Positions 60,873 to 64,000 of a DNA stretch of 64,000 nt are shown piece by piece; positions within the stretch are counted from its first letter, which is position 1; each line of letters starts with the position of its first letter. Source of the DNA: a bacterium (GTDB lineage: Bacteria; SAR324; XYD2-FULL-50-16; G965216635). The notes beneath the pieces were generated by a model. It saw only the letters and a program-made list of their open reading frames with translations. It made no database searches and was not told where the DNA came from. The stretch covers positions 128,001 through 192,000 of the forward strand of contig OZ244188.1 of assembly GCA_965216635.1 (NCBI GenBank). The letters are read 5' to 3'. A program made the position numbers and the translations under genes.

Positions 60873-61451
60873 TTATGCTGCCACTTTTAAAAATTGTAAC
60901 AATCCAAATATTATAACAATCAATATACCCGTGCTGGTTAGAGTAGTCGCAATAACCCATTTGATTATATGAACTCTACTTTCTGATATTTTTAACTCAA
61001 GGTCGCTTTTGATTTTTGCTATAGTTTCTTTTAGGTTGCTTTTGGTTTCTACGATTTTACTCTCAATATCTTTCAGTTTTAGGTCTGTATCATTTTTATT
61101 GTCTGTTATTATTTTTTCTAGGTCGTTTCTGTTTTTTGTTATTATTTTTTCTAGGTCGTTTCTGTTTTTTGTTATTATTTTTTCTGTATCGTTTTTGTTG
61201 TCTGCTATTATTCTTATCAAGTCGTTTTTGTTCTCTGAAATGATGGATTCCAATCTCCAGATATCGCCTTTGTCCGTAGGAAGAGTGGTATCCAAACCCG
61301 TTTCTGTTGTACTAGAAGCCAAAGCTTTTGGGACCAGTTCTACAAACTCTCCAATAGCAATCTCTGCGCTCTTTTTTTCTGCACCTAGTCCAATCAAAAG
61401 ATCGTAGATTTTAGTAGAAGTAAATTTTTGTGCTGTAGTTGTTCTTAACAT
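60873..61451 (-). CDS. Membrane-anchored coiled-coil protein B1 (terminal-type anchor)
   Basis: Paralog of the A array; anchor HIIKWVIATT. Confidence 0.85.
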   Translation of the reverse strand: MLRTTTAQKFTSTKIYDLLIGLGAEKKSAEIAIGEFVELVPKALASSTTETGLDTTLPTDKGDIWRLESIISENKNDLIRIIADNKNDTEKIITKNRNDLEKIITKNRNDLEKIITDNKNDTDLKLKDIESKIVETKSNLKETIAKIKSDLELKISESRVHIIKWVIATTLTSTGILIVIIFGLLQFLKVAA

Positions 61452-61458
61452 TTTATTT

Positions 61459-61962
61459 TTAGTTTTGTAAAAATTGCAGTATAGTCACAACCAACCCACC
61501 AACTGCTAACTGGACTGACACACCCCAAAATAATAAAGAGTTTTTATTTTTTTCTGCTTCTGTTCTCATCCTTTCTATTTTTAAATCTATATCCTTAAAT
61601 TTCAGGTCTGTATCGCTTTTGATTTTTGCTATAGTTTCTTTTAGGTCGCTTTTGTTTTTTTCTGCTTCTGTTCTCATCTTTTCTATTTTCAAATCGGTAT
61701 CGTTTTTGTTGTCTGCTATTATTCTTATCAAGTCGTTTTTGTTCTCTGAAATGATGGATTCCAATCTCCAGATATCGCCTTTGTCCGTAGGAAGAGTGGT
61801 ATCCAAACCAGTTTCTGTTGTACTAGAAGCCAAAGCTTTTGGGACCAGTTCTACAAACTCTCCAATAGCAATCTCTGCGCTCTTTTTCTCCGCACCTAGT
61901 CCAATCAAAAGATCGTAGATTTTAGTAGAAGTAAATTTTTGTGCTGTAGTTGTTCTTAACAT
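61459..61962 (-). CDS. Membrane-anchored coiled-coil protein B2
   Basis: Protein identical to B4. Confidence 0.85.
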   Translation of the reverse strand: MLRTTTAQKFTSTKIYDLLIGLGAEKKSAEIAIGEFVELVPKALASSTTETGLDTTLPTDKGDIWRLESIISENKNDLIRIIADNKNDTDLKIEKMRTEAEKNKSDLKETIAKIKSDTDLKFKDIDLKIERMRTEAEKNKNSLLFWGVSVQLAVGGLVVTILQFLQN

Positions 61963-61969
61963 TTTATTT

Positions 61970-62494
61970 TTAGTTTTGTAAAAATTGCAATATAGTCACA
62001 ACCAACCCACCAACTGCTAACTGGACTGACACACCCCAAAATAATAAAGAGTTTTTATTTTTTTCTGCTTCTGTTCTCATCCTTTCTATTTTTAAATCTA
62101 TATCCTTAAATTTCAGGTCTGTATCGCTTTTGATTTTTGCTATAGTTTCTTTTAGTTCGCTTTTGTTTTTTTCTGCTTCTGTTCTCATCTTTTCTATTTT
62201 CAAATCGGTATCGCTTTTGCTTTCTATTATTTTTCCCTCAATTTCTTTCAGTTTTATGTCTGTATCGTTTTTGTTCTCTGAAATGATGGATTCCAATCTC
62301 CAGATATCGCCTTTGTCCGTAGGAAGAGTGGTATCCAAACCAGTTTCTGTTGTACTAGAAGCCAAAGCTTTTGGGACCAGTTCTACAAACTCTCCAATAG
62401 CAATCTCTGCGCTCTTTTTTTCTGCACCTAGTCCAATCAAAAGATCGTAGATTTTAGTAGAAGTAAATTTTTGTGCTGTAGTTGTTCTTAACAT
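61970..62494 (-). CDS. Membrane-anchored coiled-coil protein B3
   Basis: One residue different from B5. Confidence 0.85.
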   Translation of the reverse strand: MLRTTTAQKFTSTKIYDLLIGLGAEKKSAEIAIGEFVELVPKALASSTTETGLDTTLPTDKGDIWRLESIISENKNDTDIKLKEIEGKIIESKSDTDLKIEKMRTEAEKNKSELKETIAKIKSDTDLKFKDIDLKIERMRTEAEKNKNSLLFWGVSVQLAVGGLVVTILQFLQN

Positions 62495-62501
62495 TTTATT
62501 T

Positions 62502-63005
62502 TTAGTTTTGTAAAAATTGCAGTATAGTCACAACCAACCCACCAACTGCTAACTGGACTGACACACCCCAAAATAATAAAGAGTTTTTATTTTTTTCTGC
62601 TTCTGTTCTCATCCTTTCTATTTTTAAATCTATATCCTTAAATTTCAGGTCTGTATCGCTTTTGATTTTTGCTATAGTTTCTTTTAGGTCGCTTTTGTTT
62701 TTTTCTGCTTCTGTTCTCATCTTTTCTATTTTCAAATCGGTATCGTTTTTGTTGTCTGCTATTATTCTTATCAAGTCGTTTTTGTTCTCTGAAATGATGG
62801 ATTCCAATCTCCAGATATCGCCTTTGTCCGTAGGAAGAGTGGTATCCAAACCAGTTTCTGTTGTACTAGAAGCCAAAGCTTTTGGGACCAGTTCTACAAA
62901 CTCTCCAATAGCAATCTCTGCGCTCTTTTTTTCTGCACCTAGTCCAATCAAAAGATCGTAGATTTTAGTAGAAGTAAATTTTTGTGCTGTAGTTGTTCTT
63001 AACAT
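62502..63005 (-). CDS. Membrane-anchored coiled-coil protein B4
   Basis: Paralog of the A array. Confidence 0.85.
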   Translation of the reverse strand: MLRTTTAQKFTSTKIYDLLIGLGAEKKSAEIAIGEFVELVPKALASSTTETGLDTTLPTDKGDIWRLESIISENKNDLIRIIADNKNDTDLKIEKMRTEAEKNKSDLKETIAKIKSDTDLKFKDIDLKIERMRTEAEKNKNSLLFWGVSVQLAVGGLVVTILQFLQN

Positions 63006-63012
63006 TTTATTT

Positions 63013-63537
63013 TTAGTTTTGTAAAAATTGCAGTATAGTCACAACCAACCCACCAACTGCTAACTGGACTGACACACCCCAAAATAATAAAGAGTTTTTA
63101 TTTTTTTCTGCTTCTGTTCTCATCCTTTCTATTTTTAAATCTATATCCTTAAATTTCAGGTCTGTATCGCTTTTGATTTTTGCTATAGTTTCTTTTAGTT
63201 CGCTTTTGTTTTTTTCTGCTTCTGTTCTCATTTTTTCTATTTTCAAATCGGTATCGCTTTTGCTTTCTATTATTTTTCCCTCAATTTCTTTCAGTTTTAT
63301 GTCTGTATCGTTTTTGTTCTCTGAAATGATGGATTCCAATCTCCAGATATCCCCTTTGTCCGTAGGAAGAGTGGTATCCAAACCAGTTTCTGTTGTACTA
63401 GAAGCCAAAGCTTTTGGGACCAGTTCTACAAACTCTCCAATAGCAATCTCTGCGCTCTTTTTTTCTGCACCTAGTCCAATCAAAAGATCGTAGATTTTAG
63501 TAGAAGTAAATTTTTGTGCTGTAGCTGTTCTTAACAT
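63013..63537 (-). CDS. Membrane-anchored coiled-coil protein B5
   Basis: Paralog; first gene after the promoter. Confidence 0.85.
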   Translation of the reverse strand: MLRTATAQKFTSTKIYDLLIGLGAEKKSAEIAIGEFVELVPKALASSTTETGLDTTLPTDKGDIWRLESIISENKNDTDIKLKEIEGKIIESKSDTDLKIEKMRTEAEKNKSELKETIAKIKSDTDLKFKDIDLKIERMRTEAEKNKNSLLFWGVSVQLAVGGLVVTILQFLQN

Positions 63538-63584
63538 TTTACTTTTATAAGGTTTTTATTTTGGTTATTTTATTTGGTTGTTTT

Positions 63585-63613
63585 ATTTTAGCAAACTATT
63601 CTACTAAAGTCAA
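63585..63613 (-). promoter_or_regulatory. Putative sigma70 promoter of the B5-B1 block
   Basis: TTGACT-N17-TAAAAT on the minus strand, homologous to 26421-26449. Confidence 0.65.
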
Positions 63614-63737
63614 GCCCAAAAAAATAAAAAGATTATAGGGAAAAAATTAAAAAAATGTCCCCTGCAATTTTGTTTTTTAGTGGGTTTTGAGGGGGACGCA
63701 GTTTTTAGGTGGGTTTTGACGGGGAGGTATTTTATGT

Positions 63738-64000
63738 TTATGCTACCACTTTTAAGAATTGTAACAATCCAAATATTATAACAATCAATATACCCGTACT
63801 GGTTAGAGTAGTCGCAATAACCCATTTGATTATATGAACTCTACTTTCTGATATTTTTAACTCAAGGTCGCTTTTGATTTTTGCTATAGTTTCTTTTAGG
63901 TCGCTTTTGTTTTTTTCTGCTTCTGTTCTCATCTTTTCTATTTTCAAATCGGTATCGCTTTTGCTTTCTATTATTTTTCCCTCAATTTCTTTCAGTTTTA
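63738..64000 (-). CDS. Membrane-anchored coiled-coil protein B6, 5' end outside window
   Basis: Open frame with B3-type stalk and B1-type anchor. Confidence 0.85.
   Translation of the reverse strand, partial: KLKEIEGKIIESKSDTDLKIEKMRTEAEKNKSDLKETIAKIKSDLELKISESRVHIIKWVIATTLTSTGILIVIIFGLLQFLKVVA

Noticed and set aside
26545..63493. Antisense ORFs over every coiled-coil gene
   Set aside because: Shadow frames of repetitive A-rich coding sequence, reproduced only because the sense genes are near-identical

Overview
AT-rich bacterial chromosomal segment, possibly from a host-associated deltaproteobacterium/SAR324-like organism (taxonomy is a guess). The housekeeping backbone includes rbfA, recC, cfa, xdhAB, an ABC exporter pair, rsfS, recO, moaC, rplJL, tRNA-Leu, cimA, trmL, hisS, rplU/rpmA, ppiA, sat-cysC, icd, pheT and pta. 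It is interrupted by five kinds of accessory DNA. (1) A tandem array of four paralogous 8-stranded beta-barrel outer-membrane proteins with two mosaic hypervariable loops (20.2-26.1 kb). (2) Two arrays with at least 11 DUF1640/CCDC90/Bdr-like membrane-anchored coiled-coil paralogs that have variable repeat stalks and swappable anchors (26.5-29.6 kb and 60.9-64 kb); they share a non-coding module with the OMP array. (3) Defence cassettes placed in or next to core operons with no visible mobility genes: a type III R-M system between xdhA and xdhB, a DUF262-DUF1524 gene bracketed by two alternative hisS 3' ends, and a Panacea-RelE-like TA pair. (4) A modular TA-flanked MITE family and GTAG REP-like hairpins. 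(5) Many short tandem duplications and a 74-bp non-coding VNTR. All family assignments come from motif recognition by eye; no searches were run.
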